Assembly (NCBI RefSeq): GCF_964204645.1
Contig: NC_134029.1
Location: 14,998,950 to 15,062,949 of the forward strand
Direction of reading: 5' to 3'
From: Tubulanus polymorphus
Lineage: Eukaryota > Animalia > Nemertea
DNA: 64,000 bases
The notes beneath the pieces were generated by a model, which did no database searches, was not told where the DNA came from, and saw only the letters and a program-made list of their open reading frames with translations. How positions within the stretch are numbered: the stretch's first letter is position 1; every line of letters starts with the position of its first letter. Positions 1 to 12,070 of this stretch are shown here, piece after piece. Made by a program: the position numbers and the translations under genes.

Positions 1-186
1 TCATTATTACGGTTTTATCGCCCGCGACAATTCATTATTTTGGTTTTGTCGCCCGCAACAATTCACCATTTTGGTTTTGTCGCCCGCAACAATTCATTTT
101 TTTGGTTTTGTCACCCGACAATTCTTTTTTTGGTTTTTTCGCCCGCGACAATTCATTAGTTTGGTTTTGTCGCCCGCGACAATTCT
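1..186 (+). repeat. 31-bp satellite array (runs off window start)
   Basis: Tandem TTTTGGTTTTRTCGCCCGCGACAATTCAWTA monomers. Confidence 0.95.
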
Positions 187-1598
187 TTTTCAGTCCACTT
201 GGGACTTTAGTCCCAGCGGGCTATTGCGTTCACTTTTCGTCCGTCCGTCCGTCCGTCCATAGACGGAATCCAGTTATTTCTGGAAGTTTTGAAGACGCTT
301 CAAGGTAATGTCTTGATATTTGGTTTATACATGTATCTACCCTAGACACATCGTCAGCCCAAAAACTGGCCCTGTCAGATTCAAGATGGTCGACTGGCAG
401 CCATTGTTGTTTGCCATAATCAGCACTTCTTAAACATTTTCGAAGTTTTCGTGGGAAATTTTGAAGACGCTTTGATTAATTACCTTGATCTTTCGTTTAT
501 ATTTGAATCTACCAAAGGCCCATCAGCATAAGAAAATTGGGTCGATCTGACTCAAGATGGCCGTCCTATGACCTTTTTAGTGCCCAAAAATGTCAATTTT
601 GGCCAGAATTCTAGGTCCTGTAGCTTCCTACTGGTTTGCCATTTCTCATTGCAATTGCTGATGGGTATTCTTTAGAGAGGGATGTTTTATACCTGGCTTA
701 GGTATTTTGATCAGCCAATTATGACGCAATTGGCGGCCATCTTGTGTCATCAGTACTCATTCGTAGGTGGGAAAAAGTTTTTCCACATTAGATTGATACC
801 TAAGCATATTGTGTTACTATATTCAATTGGAAAGTTGTAGCCCATAAAGTGTTCTATGATTTTGGTGAGTTTCAAGGTCATTGGTTTTTGTATGTGGCCA
901 TCAGGGGGCGTTGAATAATACAATAACTTAGTATCGCTATATTATATTTGTACCAAGGCATATTTTGTTACCATGATCAATTGCAAAGTTGTAGTTCATG
1001 ACATCGTCTATGATTGTGGTGAGTTTTTAAGGACATTAGTTATTCCATATAGTCACCAGGGGTCGTTGAATAGTAGAAAAGCTTAGTTTTTCCTTATTAG
1101 ATTGGTACCTAGGCATAGTTTGTAACCATGATCCATTGCAAAGTTGTAGTTCATGACATCGTCTATGATTGTGGTGAGTTTTTAAGGACATTAGTTATTC
1201 CATATAGTCACCAGGGGGCGCTGAATAGTAGAATGGCTAAGTATTTCCTTATTAGATTGGTACCTAGGCATATTTGTTACTATGATCAATTGCAAAGTTG
1301 TATTTCATGACATGTACTACAATTGTGGTGAGTTTTAAGGTCATTGGGTTTTGCATATGGTCACCAGGGGCGTTGAATAGTAGAATAACTTAGTATTTCC
1401 ATATTAAATTGGTAACGAGGCATATTTCACAATCAATTACAAAATCATAGCTGCTCACATGTTCTATGATTGTGGTGGTTTTCAAGGTCATTGGTTTTTG
1501 TATATGGTCACTAGAGGGCGTTGTGTATTGAAATTGTTAGATTGTTGAGCATTTGAAACCACTTCCCAAGTGAGCATGGTGTCCCTGCACCCCTAGTT
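187..1598 (+). mobile_element. HINE family A, complete, inserted in a satellite T-tract
   Basis: 5' TTTTCAGTCCACTTGGGACTTTAGTCCCAGCGGGCT palindrome, (GTCC)n microsatellite at ~239-258, ~155-bp central tandem repeats (aaagttgtag at ~831, 986, 1140, 1294), 3' CCCAAGTGAGC + GGTGTCCCTGCACC + CTAGTT. Confidence 0.75.
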
Positions 1599-2086
1599 TG
1601 GTTTTGTCGCCCACGACAATTCATTATTCTGGTTTTGTCGCACGCAACAATTCAATATTTTGTTTTTGTCGTCCGCGACAATTCATTATTTTGGTTTTAT
1701 CGCCGCGGCAATTCAATATTTTGGTTTTAACGCCCGCGACAATTCATTATTGTGGTTTTATCGCCCGCGACAATTCATTATTTTGGTTTTATCGCCCTCG
1801 ACAATTCATTATTTTTGTTTTGTCGCCCGAGACAATTCATTATTTTGGTTTTATCGCCCGCGACAATTCATTATTTTGGTTTTGTCGCCCGCGACAATTC
1901 ATTATTTTGGTTTTATCGCCCGAGACAATTCATTATTCTGGTTTTATCGCCCGCGACAATTCAATATTTTTGTTTTATTGCCCGCGACAATTCATTAGTT
2001 TGGTTTTATCACCCGCGACAATTCAATATTTTGGTTTTATCATCCGCGACAATTCATTAGTTTGGTTTTGTCGCCCGTGACAATTC
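1599..2086 (+). repeat. 31-bp satellite array
   Basis: About 15 tandem monomers. Confidence 0.95.
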
Positions 2087-3139
2087 TTTTTCAGTCCACT
2101 TGGGACTTTAGTCCCAGCGGGCTATTGTGTTCACTTTTCGTCCGTCCGTCCGTCCATAGACGGAATCCAGTTATTTTGGGAAGTTTTGAAGACGCTTCAA
2201 GGTAATGTCTTGATATTTGATTTATACATGTATCTACCCTAGACCCATCGTCAGCCCAAAAACTGGCCCTGTCAGATTCAAGATGGCCGACTGGCAGCCA
2301 TTGTTGTTTGCCAAAATCAGCACTTTTTAACATTTTCGAAGTTTTCGTGGGAAATTTTGAAGACGCTTTGATCAATTACCTTGATCTTTCGTTTATATTT
2401 GAATCTACCAAAGGCCCATCAGCATAATAAAATTGGGTCGATCTGACTCAAGATGGCCGGCCTACCTTTTTAGTGCCCAAAAATGTCAATTTTGGCCAGA
2501 ATTCTAGGTCCTGTAGCTTCCTACTGGTTTGCCATTTCTCATTGCAATTGCTGATGGGTATTCCTTAGAGAGGGATGTTTTATACCTGGGACAGGTATTT
2601 TTGATCAGCCAATTATGACGCAATTGGCGGCCATCTTGGTGTCATCAGTACTCATTCGTAGGTGGGAAAAAGTTTTTCCACATTAAATCGATACCTAAGC
2701 ATATTGTGTTACTATATTCAATTGGAAAGTTGTAGCCCATAACGTGTTCTATGATTTTGGGGAGTTTCAAGGTCATTGGTTTTAGTATGTGGCCATCAGG
2801 GGGCGTTGAATAATACAATAAGTTAGTATTGCTATATTATATTTGTACCAAGGCATATTTTGTAACCATGATCAATTGCAAAGTTGTAGTTCATGACATC
2901 GTCTATGATTGTGGTGAGTTTTTAAGGACATTAGTTATTCCATATAGTCACCAGGGGGCGTTGAATAGTAGAATGGCTTAGTATTTCCTTATTAGATTGG
3001 TACCTAGGCATATTTTGTGACCATGATCCATTGCAAAGTTGTAGATCATGACATCGTCTATGATTGTGGTGAGTTTTTAAGGACATTAGTTATTCCATAT
3101 AGTCACCAGGGGGCGTTGAATAGTAGAATGGCTTAGTAT
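2087..3139 (+). mobile_element. HINE family A, 3'-truncated second copy
   Basis: Near-identical to 187-~1240, then fused to satellite at GCTTAGTAT|GACAATTC. Confidence 0.75.
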
Positions 3140-3450
3140 GACAATTCAATATTTTGGTTTTAACGCCCGCGACAATTCATTATTGTGGTTTTATCGCCCG
3201 CGACAATTCATTATTTTGGTTTTATCGCCCGCGACGATTCATTATTTTTGTTTTGTCGCCCGTGACAATTAAATATTTTGGTTTTGTCGCCCTCGACAAT
3301 TCAATATTTTGGTTTTGTCGCCCACGGCAATTCAATATTTTGGTTTTATCGCCCGCGACAATTCATTATTTTTGTTTTGTCACCCGTGACAATTCAATAT
3401 TTTGGTTTTGTCACCCCCGACAATTCATAATTTTGGTTTTTTCGCCCGTG
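3140..3450 (+). repeat. 31-bp satellite array
   Basis: About 10 tandem monomers. Confidence 0.95.
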
Positions 3451-4155
3451 GTTTTGTCGGAACATTAAGTTATTTGGTCGAACAGTGTGTTAAGGTCGTT
3501 TTGGAAATTTACTCGGTCTGGTATATTTGGGATTACTGTGTATGTCATTTGTCAGGACATTAAACAGAAGACGACTTAGGATACTACCTTGCGTGACTCC
3601 ACTAGTTAGACCGTCTCATTCCAAGATGAGGCGTTCCGTTGATTTCGGTTACAAGTTTCCGTTCAGAGATAACTGCTGAGCCATTTGGGCGACCTATCAT
3701 TGATACTGTTTCCTAATAGCCTGTTTAGTAATGGCTGATGTTGAGCCTTATAAAATGCTTTGTTGAAATCCACCGTTGAACAGGATTCTCAGACTGTGCA
3801 GAAAACCCGTTATCGCTGCTTTGCAGCTATATTTATTATTATTATTAGGGTTTTCTGACTTTCGTCGAAAACCCTTTTGTAATTCTGTTGATTGTTATTA
3901 TTATTATTTACATATTTTCCACTTTTTTTTCGCTCATAAAATTCATCTTCTATCAGATTCGACAACTAACTGCTTCTAATTGAAATGTAGAATTCTGATA
4001 GTAATATAACACGCATTCGCTCCGCGTAGATTATACCTATGCACTCTCCGTCCTATTTTAAACTTAAAATTACTTACTGAAAGATAACACCGGATGATAG
4101 TAGCAATCGCGACTCGCCCTGTCCGGTACTCCCACTAATGATAATACAGCGTCCT

Positions 4156-4228
4156 GTCCTGTGGCATGGTGGGATAAGGTGTTTGACTCCCAACTGAGAG
4201 GTCGAGGGTTCGAATCCCAGTGAAACCA
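4156..4228 (+). mobile_element. tRNA-derived SINE head or pseudo-tRNA (Gly-CCC-like)
   Basis: A-box TGGCATGGTGG, anticodon-loop-like CTCCCAA and B-box GGTTCGAATCCC at tRNA spacing; acceptor stem does not pair well. Confidence 0.6.
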
Positions 4229-6379
4229 TGCATTATCACAGTACAGCGCCGGCGCGCAACAATTGTTTTATTAATGAAACAACATGGTGGATGGTTGAAA
4301 TTATTTTCGGCTTAAATTTATCGCGAGTTTTAGGGCTTTAATGAATTTCACGAAACCATGATTTCTAAAATGAGTCAATTGATTAATTCTATTCGTAAAT
4401 CAATTTACGTTGGCTACGTTCAGTTGACGACTCGTATCGATGACAACGACAGCGGAGTTTATGTATCTATAACGGATATTCCGTTATAGTTCTATGATGT
4501 ATTTTAAGGTGAGAATCCGTTAACCAGGGAATGTATTAAATGATTTCTTTAATAATATGAGTATGGTAGCAAATGAGTAGGCCTACTGGGTGAAGCAATG
4601 ATCATTGTTGGCTACTTACTTAATGCCTAGCTTTTTTGGGGGATGCGCCTAGAATAGATTTAGGCCCTAAATATAATGGGTAGAGCCAGTCAGTGGAATG
4701 CCTTAATAGCAGCTAGTTATGGCCTGGTTTACACTGAATGTGCATGACAATTTATTTTGATTACTTTCTTTCCAGCTATTATTCGTGGAATGAACTGGTC
4801 ACTACGGTCTTCAATTCCTTTGCGGATTCTTGCAGGAATATTAAACCACAGTGCGCAAATGTATGTTTCAAATTAGGCTTTTTCGACATTGACAGCCAAA
4901 GACGTAACTTAACACGCTAACTTAAGCGCAACTGTCTCAGATGCTGTAAGTACTTGACGTTTTGCGTAATTTTTTTTTTAATGCAATATTTGGATTAGTA
5001 ATCAGTCGTGCTAACGTACATGCAGAATTGGATTCATTGTAATTATGGGATGATAATTCCTGGGCGTCACGAGTCCTGCGACATACCCTTGATATGAAGC
5101 TTTTTTAATGTTAATCATTGACTTGTTTTGGAGTAAACTGAATAGCCCTTAAAATACCAATGCCACGTGGCTTGGTGTCTATGCTCTACGAGACTGTAGC
5201 TAAGTAATTCTTACATTTGTTTGCTTAATTACAGATGGAAAGAGGTCAGATGGCATGAAAATCGACTGTGGCTGACTAATTGGCACGAGTAACCAAAATG
5301 CTTCAATCATCAGGGGTAGACAAATTAGCCGAAGATGAATGAAAACTTCACCTTGATGATCATCAGTTGATTTTGCTATAATTATTTGCCTGGATATATC
5401 CTTTATTTCAAAATCTGTCTTCAGTAGAATTTCTTTCAATAAAATATTTTGAAGGTTGAATTTGAATTGATCTTAAAACCAGAGAAAGCATTCAGAAATT
5501 TAGAAAATCCTTGACTCATAATCAAATTCTGTGAAGTCAGTTAAGGTCTTTTTGGTCGAATCAAGCCGAGGGCTCAGGTGACTAAAACTCAATTCCTCAC
5601 TGTCTTATAATGCCGAGTACGACGGAGTTTACACACTGAAAAACGTTGGGCTGTGTAAGTGTAATTTGGATAAGTCCACAATATAATGACCGCCCTGCCC
5701 CGCTGCATCTGAGACGTCAACAAGTTAGACTGTATTGCTTCGATGACAAACTGACTCCTACGCAAGATAACCATCCAATTCAAATGTAAATTAAGAAAGA
5801 AAACAACAAAACTAGTTGCGTTGATCAACAAAAATAAATCAATAGTTTATTACAATACTTTAATTTCAAAATAAGGATAGAAAAAATTGAACAATAAGTG
5901 TGTTTGCCATGCGTCTTTAAATATTTCCCAAGAATATGTCTTTGTCTGGCCACCACCTGCCTCGACGTCAGACTTTTTCGAGATTTTCGCTAAAAATACG
6001 AAACAAGACAAAATTGATGGATGGGAATCATACATGCTACATTCACTTTTACTGCGAAGATTGGAATGAGGTAAAGCTATTTTCTAGGAGGAAAAATTGA
6101 GTCAAATGATGTTTCAAAATCTGGACGGGAAAAGTTTTACTGAATTGTATGGCTAATGGCAAATACATGTTTATATTGATAAGGTAAATATCTGTATAAA
6201 AGGTTGTATAGCAACTTGAATTGAAGGATTAATGCAATAGGTCTCTTATTCTAAAAGACGAGTGAGCCATACTTACTAGATTGGTCATGTGAATCAACAT
6301 CAAATTTAGAACTATCATCCAGTTTTAGTTTTCAATCAAAGACTAATATGAAATAAAGTACATATTTTTCTGATAACAA

Positions 6380-6920
6380 CCTGGAATGAATTAAAATAAA
6401 TCTGAGGAATTCACCAAATTTCTGTATCGAACCCCTAATAGGGCCTATATAACCTATAGATTGATACTTACATACGACAAATTGACGAAGACACTTCATT
6501 TGACAGTATACAAACTCGCGGACAAACTCCCAAAATGAATCATGTCCTATTCACCTAGAATCAAACAAAATACAACTAAAAAATTCACAATACAGATTTC
6601 GGTTTCGAATCCTTCAAATAGCTGTTTACTTACATGAAACGAATTATCAAACTACTTCTGCCGACAGCATACCAACTCGCTGACAAACCCCCAAAATGAA
6701 GCGTGTCATGATAAACATCTGGAATTAAACGTAATAAAGCTACAAAATTTACAAAATTTACAAAATGTCGGTTTCGAATCCCTCAAATAGCCTTACACTT
6801 ACAAATGATGGATTATCAAACAACTATGAACTCCCACAACGCCACATGTCTTTGATAATCTACAATGAAAACCTGGAATTAAATTAAATAAATCTTAAAA
6901 TTCCGATTTGAACCCAACGT
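6380..6920 (+). repeat. Diverged ~160-bp tandem duplication (2-3 copies)
   Basis: gacag.atac.aactcgc.gacaaac.cccaaaatgaa at ~6503 and ~6663; ggtttcgaatcc.tcaaatagc at ~6601 and ~6770. Confidence 0.6.
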
Positions 6921-9839
6921 AGGCCCTCTCTCTCTACTTGTAGGCCTAAGATCTTGAAATAGGATAAATAATGTTATGATGAAAGAGGCATAATGGTTCG
7001 GAAAAAATTGAATTCAATATGGCTCTTGGCCCGGCAAAGTTTGCTTTTGAAATATCCTTTTGATTAGGCCTAGTTACACATTTTTAAAGCAAATTTCATT
7101 TTGCATCAAACTAAAAGCGGCTTTGTTGAGGAAAAGATTCTTTTGAGTCGTAAAATTTATAGCCTAGAACCAATTTCTTCGTCAAAGCGTGATGCGCAAT
7201 TTTGACTGGGTCTTATTTCCACGTGGTAGTGGACAGAAAATTTGAATAAGCCTAAATAATAGAATAATCTTTCTTAGGTTTCATGATAAAGATGCAGCAT
7301 TAACATAGATTAATGCTTATCTTTTACAATTAGGCTTATGTTTCAAAGGAAAACGCGCACAGTTGGTCGAACAGGGGTTAGGCATTGATGGTAGAGGGGC
7401 TGTGTGTGTGTGAAACAGAGAGATAAAAATGCACGGGAACGAGTTTGTCGAGTGGAGCTTATTATTCCATCAGGGATAGTGATTAGTGTACTATAGTCAT
7501 GTTATATATCAAAATGTTCCTTATTAGTTCCGCTGCATCGCTAAAAACTAATTGAGATAGGTTTCGCTGCATTTTTTTTACATATTACATCACTTACAAC
7601 GATAAACGTCCATCGCCGACTGAAAAATTCACAAAAACTTCCGCATCGAGAGCGCCACCGCACCAATTCAAATTGGATCGGAAACCCTCCAGCGATGCAC
7701 TCTATGATCTTTAGAACCTGTCTTTGCTGGCTGGGAATAAGATATTTCTCAGCGCGAAGGGGGTGGGGCGCAGCGTCACCAGGTCCCGCTCCGCGAGGAA
7801 GCTAGATTTTCAAAGAAATGAGTGCACGCGACGGCCGTGACTACTTGTTAGTGACGTCATCAAGAATGATGGCTCCGAGGATCGCCACATCACAGGTTAC
7901 TGTGAATAAATGGGATTCGACCATTCAAAAGTTCAAAATGTACTTTCTTGTTTTGTAGAACAAGTTTATTCATGTCGTTATATAAAGCATTTTGTTTGAA
8001 ACATTCTTTAATAATGTTTGTTGAGTTTAAAGCCAATTGTCGTGGTGTAATTCGATACTGGTCACTGACATCAAAGTTTTAGTTTCTGTTCACATGTTTC
8101 GACTTATAAATATCCAACTTGTATGTTCTATCTTTTAATACAGGCCATGTGATTAATTGCGTATCACTCCATTAGTTTAAAAAGAGAGCACATATTTCGA
8201 TATTGTTAAATAATTAACTACATTTTTTTCTGTCACACGTTGATTTTTACCCATCACCTATAAAATTCAAATGCACGTGATGTATTCTGTAAGCTATGTA
8301 AGCTTGTTCTTAAAAATACACTATGAATTTTCAATTTGTACTGACCATAATAGTTTATTTTTCGTAAATAAAATTTATATTTTAATCAAATAATTTCAAA
8401 ATCTTTTCTATGCCCTCTGCAACAGAAAGTTACTAAGGACTATTACATATTCAGATGTACGTTGATAATTGATTTCAATCCTCCCTTCAAATAATTGAAC
8501 ATTATTTCGGAAGATGCAGGTGGCGCACAATCATAATACATACAACTCATCAAGCTGACGAGTCGTTTCCGTAACCAATGTTACAGACGGGTAACCGATC
8601 TACTCGACTCCGCAGACAATAAACGACCCGAGTAACCCCCAATTTGACTATAACTATAAATTATGTTATGTTAAACCGCATTGGTGTGACTTGACACGTC
8701 AAATGCGTATCCCGTATTGATATATTTCTATTATCCACTTTTCAAACTATGAATAGCACGCCTGCTCAGAAAACCTGTTATCACTGCTTTGCAGCTATAT
8801 TTAGGGTTTTCTGTTACATCACAGAAAACCCTATTGAGATTCGATTACCGCTGTTGCCGATACAATCCGTCTAATATCATTCAGCTCAGTTCGATCTACA
8901 AATACTCCGTGCGAATTTTGAAGAATCAACGTTACAAAAGCACTGTCGGGCCGTAAACATCGAAAATTGAGCCCCATTCAAAGAGCCGACATGTTTTTCT
9001 AAGTCGTCTTGCCGAAATCTACCGCACGTTTCTTGTCACATCGATTATCAATTCAAGCATAAATTAACAAATTTATTACCGAAAGATTGCACATTCTATC
9101 GCGGTTTTTTAAAAACTAATTTTAACAGTAACCCATTTTCCTCATCAAATTATATTACTGATACACAGGAAATTTACTACTTTAGATTTTAAAAGCACTG
9201 TCGAGCCGTAAACATCGACAAATCGACGTGTGTCACTACATCGTCGTTCCGGGAATCAGCTGCGAGTTTCTCCTCATTCTGAGAATCAAATCGAGTACAA
9301 ATTAATTTATTACTACCAGTGATTTGGCTGCGGGCGTCAAGCAGTTAATTTAGCAATACCTATTTTTCTTTACCAAATTTACCGTGTTTTTACTAAGATA
9401 AATCATAAGTGTACCGGGGAGTCGTAGGCCTTAACTAAACACGCCGAAGAGATATAGCGGAGAAAAGCTGTTATGTCGACGAGGTATCAAAATAAAAGAA
9501 TATATTACTTTATTCGGCCGCGGCCCTCTATATCAATACCATCAATACTCTATATTTCCTACAGTACATACCGATCATTGTCCAATCCACAAGGTATTTA
9601 CTGAATACAAGTATATAACACACTCCTATCCGTATGCTGGACTCACACTTGGCATTCGGAGTAAGCGTTCGCAGTGGGGGAAAGGAGATCGTTCGCTGTG
9701 TCGCTTGAAGTGTTTATCGAGTTTTACGCGACCTTAAAGCTTTAGTATGGTGGCTGATAAGATAAAAAAACACGAATATGCAAATAAGGGCGACATTACG
9801 ACAAAACGACAAAACTAAAATAACGCGAGAAAACAATGA

Positions 9840-11097
9840 TTTTGATTTTGTCGCCCGCGACAATTCATTATTTTGGTTTTATCGCCCACGACAATTCATT
9901 ACTTTGGTTTTATCGCCAGCAACAATGCATTATTTTGGTTTTGTCGCCCGCGACAATTCTTCTTTTTGGTTTTGTCGCCCGCGGCAATTCATTATTTTGG
10001 TTTTATATTTTGTTTTTGTCGCCCGCGAAATTTTTCTTTTTTGGTTTTGCCGCCTGCGACAATTCAATATTTTGATTTTATCGCCCGCGACAATTCAATA
10101 TTTTGGTTTTATCGCCCGCGATAATTCATTATTTTGGTTTTGTCGCCTGAGAAAATTCATTATTTTGGTTTTATCACCCGCGACAATTCATTATTACGGT
10201 TTTATCGCCCACGAAAATTCATTATTTTGGTTTTGTCGCCCGCGACAATTCACCATTTTGGTTTTGTCGCCCGCGACAATTCATTATTTTGGTTTTATCG
10301 CCCGCGACAATTCATTATTTTGGTTTTATCGCCCGCGACAATTCATTATTTTGGTTTTATCGCCCGCGACAATTCATTATTTTGGTTTTGTCGCCCCGAC
10401 AATTCTTTTTTTGGTTTTGTCGCCCGCGACAATTCATTAGTTTGGTTTTATCGCCCGCGACAATTCAATATTTTGGTTTTGTCGCCCGTGACAATTCACC
10501 ATTTTGGTTTTGTCGCGCGCGACAATTCATTGTTTGTGTTTTGTCCCCCCGACAATTCTTTTTTTGGTTTTGTCGCCCGTGACAATTCATTAGTTTGGTT
10601 TTGTCGCCCGCGACAATTCAATATTTTGGTTTTATCGCCCACGACAATTCATTACTTTGGTTTTATCTCCAGCGACAATTCATTATTTTGGTTTTGTCGC
10701 CCGCGACAATTCTTGTTTTTGGTTTTGACGCCCGCGACAATTCATTATTTTGGTTTTATACTTTGTTTTTGTCGCCCGCGACACTATTTTTTTGGTTTTG
10801 TCGACCGCGACAATTCAATATTTTGGTTTTGTCGCCCGCGACAATTCATTATTTTGGTTTTATCGCCCGCGACAATTCAATATTTTGGTTTTATCGCCCG
10901 CGATAATTCATTTTTTGGTTTTATCGCCCGCGACAATTCAATATTTTGTTTTTATCGTCCGCGACAATTCATTATTTTGGTTTTGTCGCCCGAGACAATT
11001 CATTATTTTGGTTTTATCACCCGCGACAATTCATTATTTTGGTTTTGTCGCCCGCGACAATTCATTATTTTGGTTTTATCGCCCGAGACAATTCATT
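9840..11097 (+). repeat. 31-bp satellite array
   Basis: About 40 monomers, preceded by the conserved ATGCAAAT...GGGCGACA head. Confidence 0.95.
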
Positions 11098-11123
11098 AAT
11101 TTCATTACATGCTAATGACTTAA

Positions 11124-11449
11124 GCCGGATGTAGGTCGGCTTTGCGACGGCTTGTGACTCACTGCGACGCCATTCGCCAGCGACGATTGTGTCGCAACGA
11201 CTCATCGACCTACGCTCCCTTGCGACGGGTTGCGACTGTCAGCAACGCCAGTCACAAGGAGTCGCACGTGTTCTGCGACGTTCTACTTTCTGCGACGCGA
11301 CACGACTGTCACAACCGACCTACACGCTCTTGCGACTGGCAGAAACTAGTCGTACACAGTCGCTGACAATCGTATCGCAACCGACTTGCGCCGAAACTTA
11401 CGATGCAACGCGAGGATCGCATCGCGTCGCAGGCCGACCTACGTCCGGC
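11124..11449. mobile_element. MITE with ~25-bp TIRs
   Basis: GCCGGATGTAGGTCGGCTTTGCGACG ... CGTCGCAGGCCGACCTACGTCCGGC, with TTAA on both sides. TA or TWA readings of the TSD are also possible, so the superfamily is unresolved. Confidence 0.75.
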
Positions 11450-12070
11450 TTAAGGTTACTGCGGAGCCCCAGAAATATCTTTTTTTCGTTCATAGGACCT
11501 TTCGCTTAAAAATTCTTTCGTCGGAACAAAATTTATTTCGTTCCAACAAATAATATTCTGTTCGATTGAACCAATTTGAAAAAATCGTTAGACCAAAGTT
11601 GAAGAAACTTTTTTTGTCCAAACGAAAGGTTTTTTGTTCGAACAATCGTTCGCTCGAACAGAATCGTTTTAATTTGAACAGAATTTTCTGGTCAGAACAT
11701 CAAGTTTTTCGTTCGAACAAGTATATTGTCAAAAGTTTTTTCTCCAAACCAAAATTTTAAGTACTTCGTTCAATTGTACAGAATTGTTATCATTCAAACA
11801 TTCATTCGAAAAAATTGTTTTCGATCAACCAAATTTTTTTAACCGGGACAAAGTTTTTCATTTCAACAATAACATAGCTTTTTATTCGAACACATTTTTT
11901 TGTCAGAATGAAGAAAAGTTTTGGTTCAAACAAAAAGCGTATTGTTTGATCAAACAGAATTGTTTTCATTCGAACACGATTTTCTTGTCGGAACATTAAG
12001 TTTTTTGGTCGAACAGCGTGTGAAGGTCACGACAATTCAAGATTTTGGTTTTATCGCCCGCGACAATTCA

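Noticed and set aside
4156-4228. Functional tRNA-Gly gene
   Set aside because: Acceptor and anticodon stems pair poorly; better explained as a SINE head or pseudogene.
9840-11097. CRISPR-like look (palindromic ~31-bp repeats)
   Set aside because: Monomers are contiguous with no unique spacers; no cas genes; eukaryotic context.
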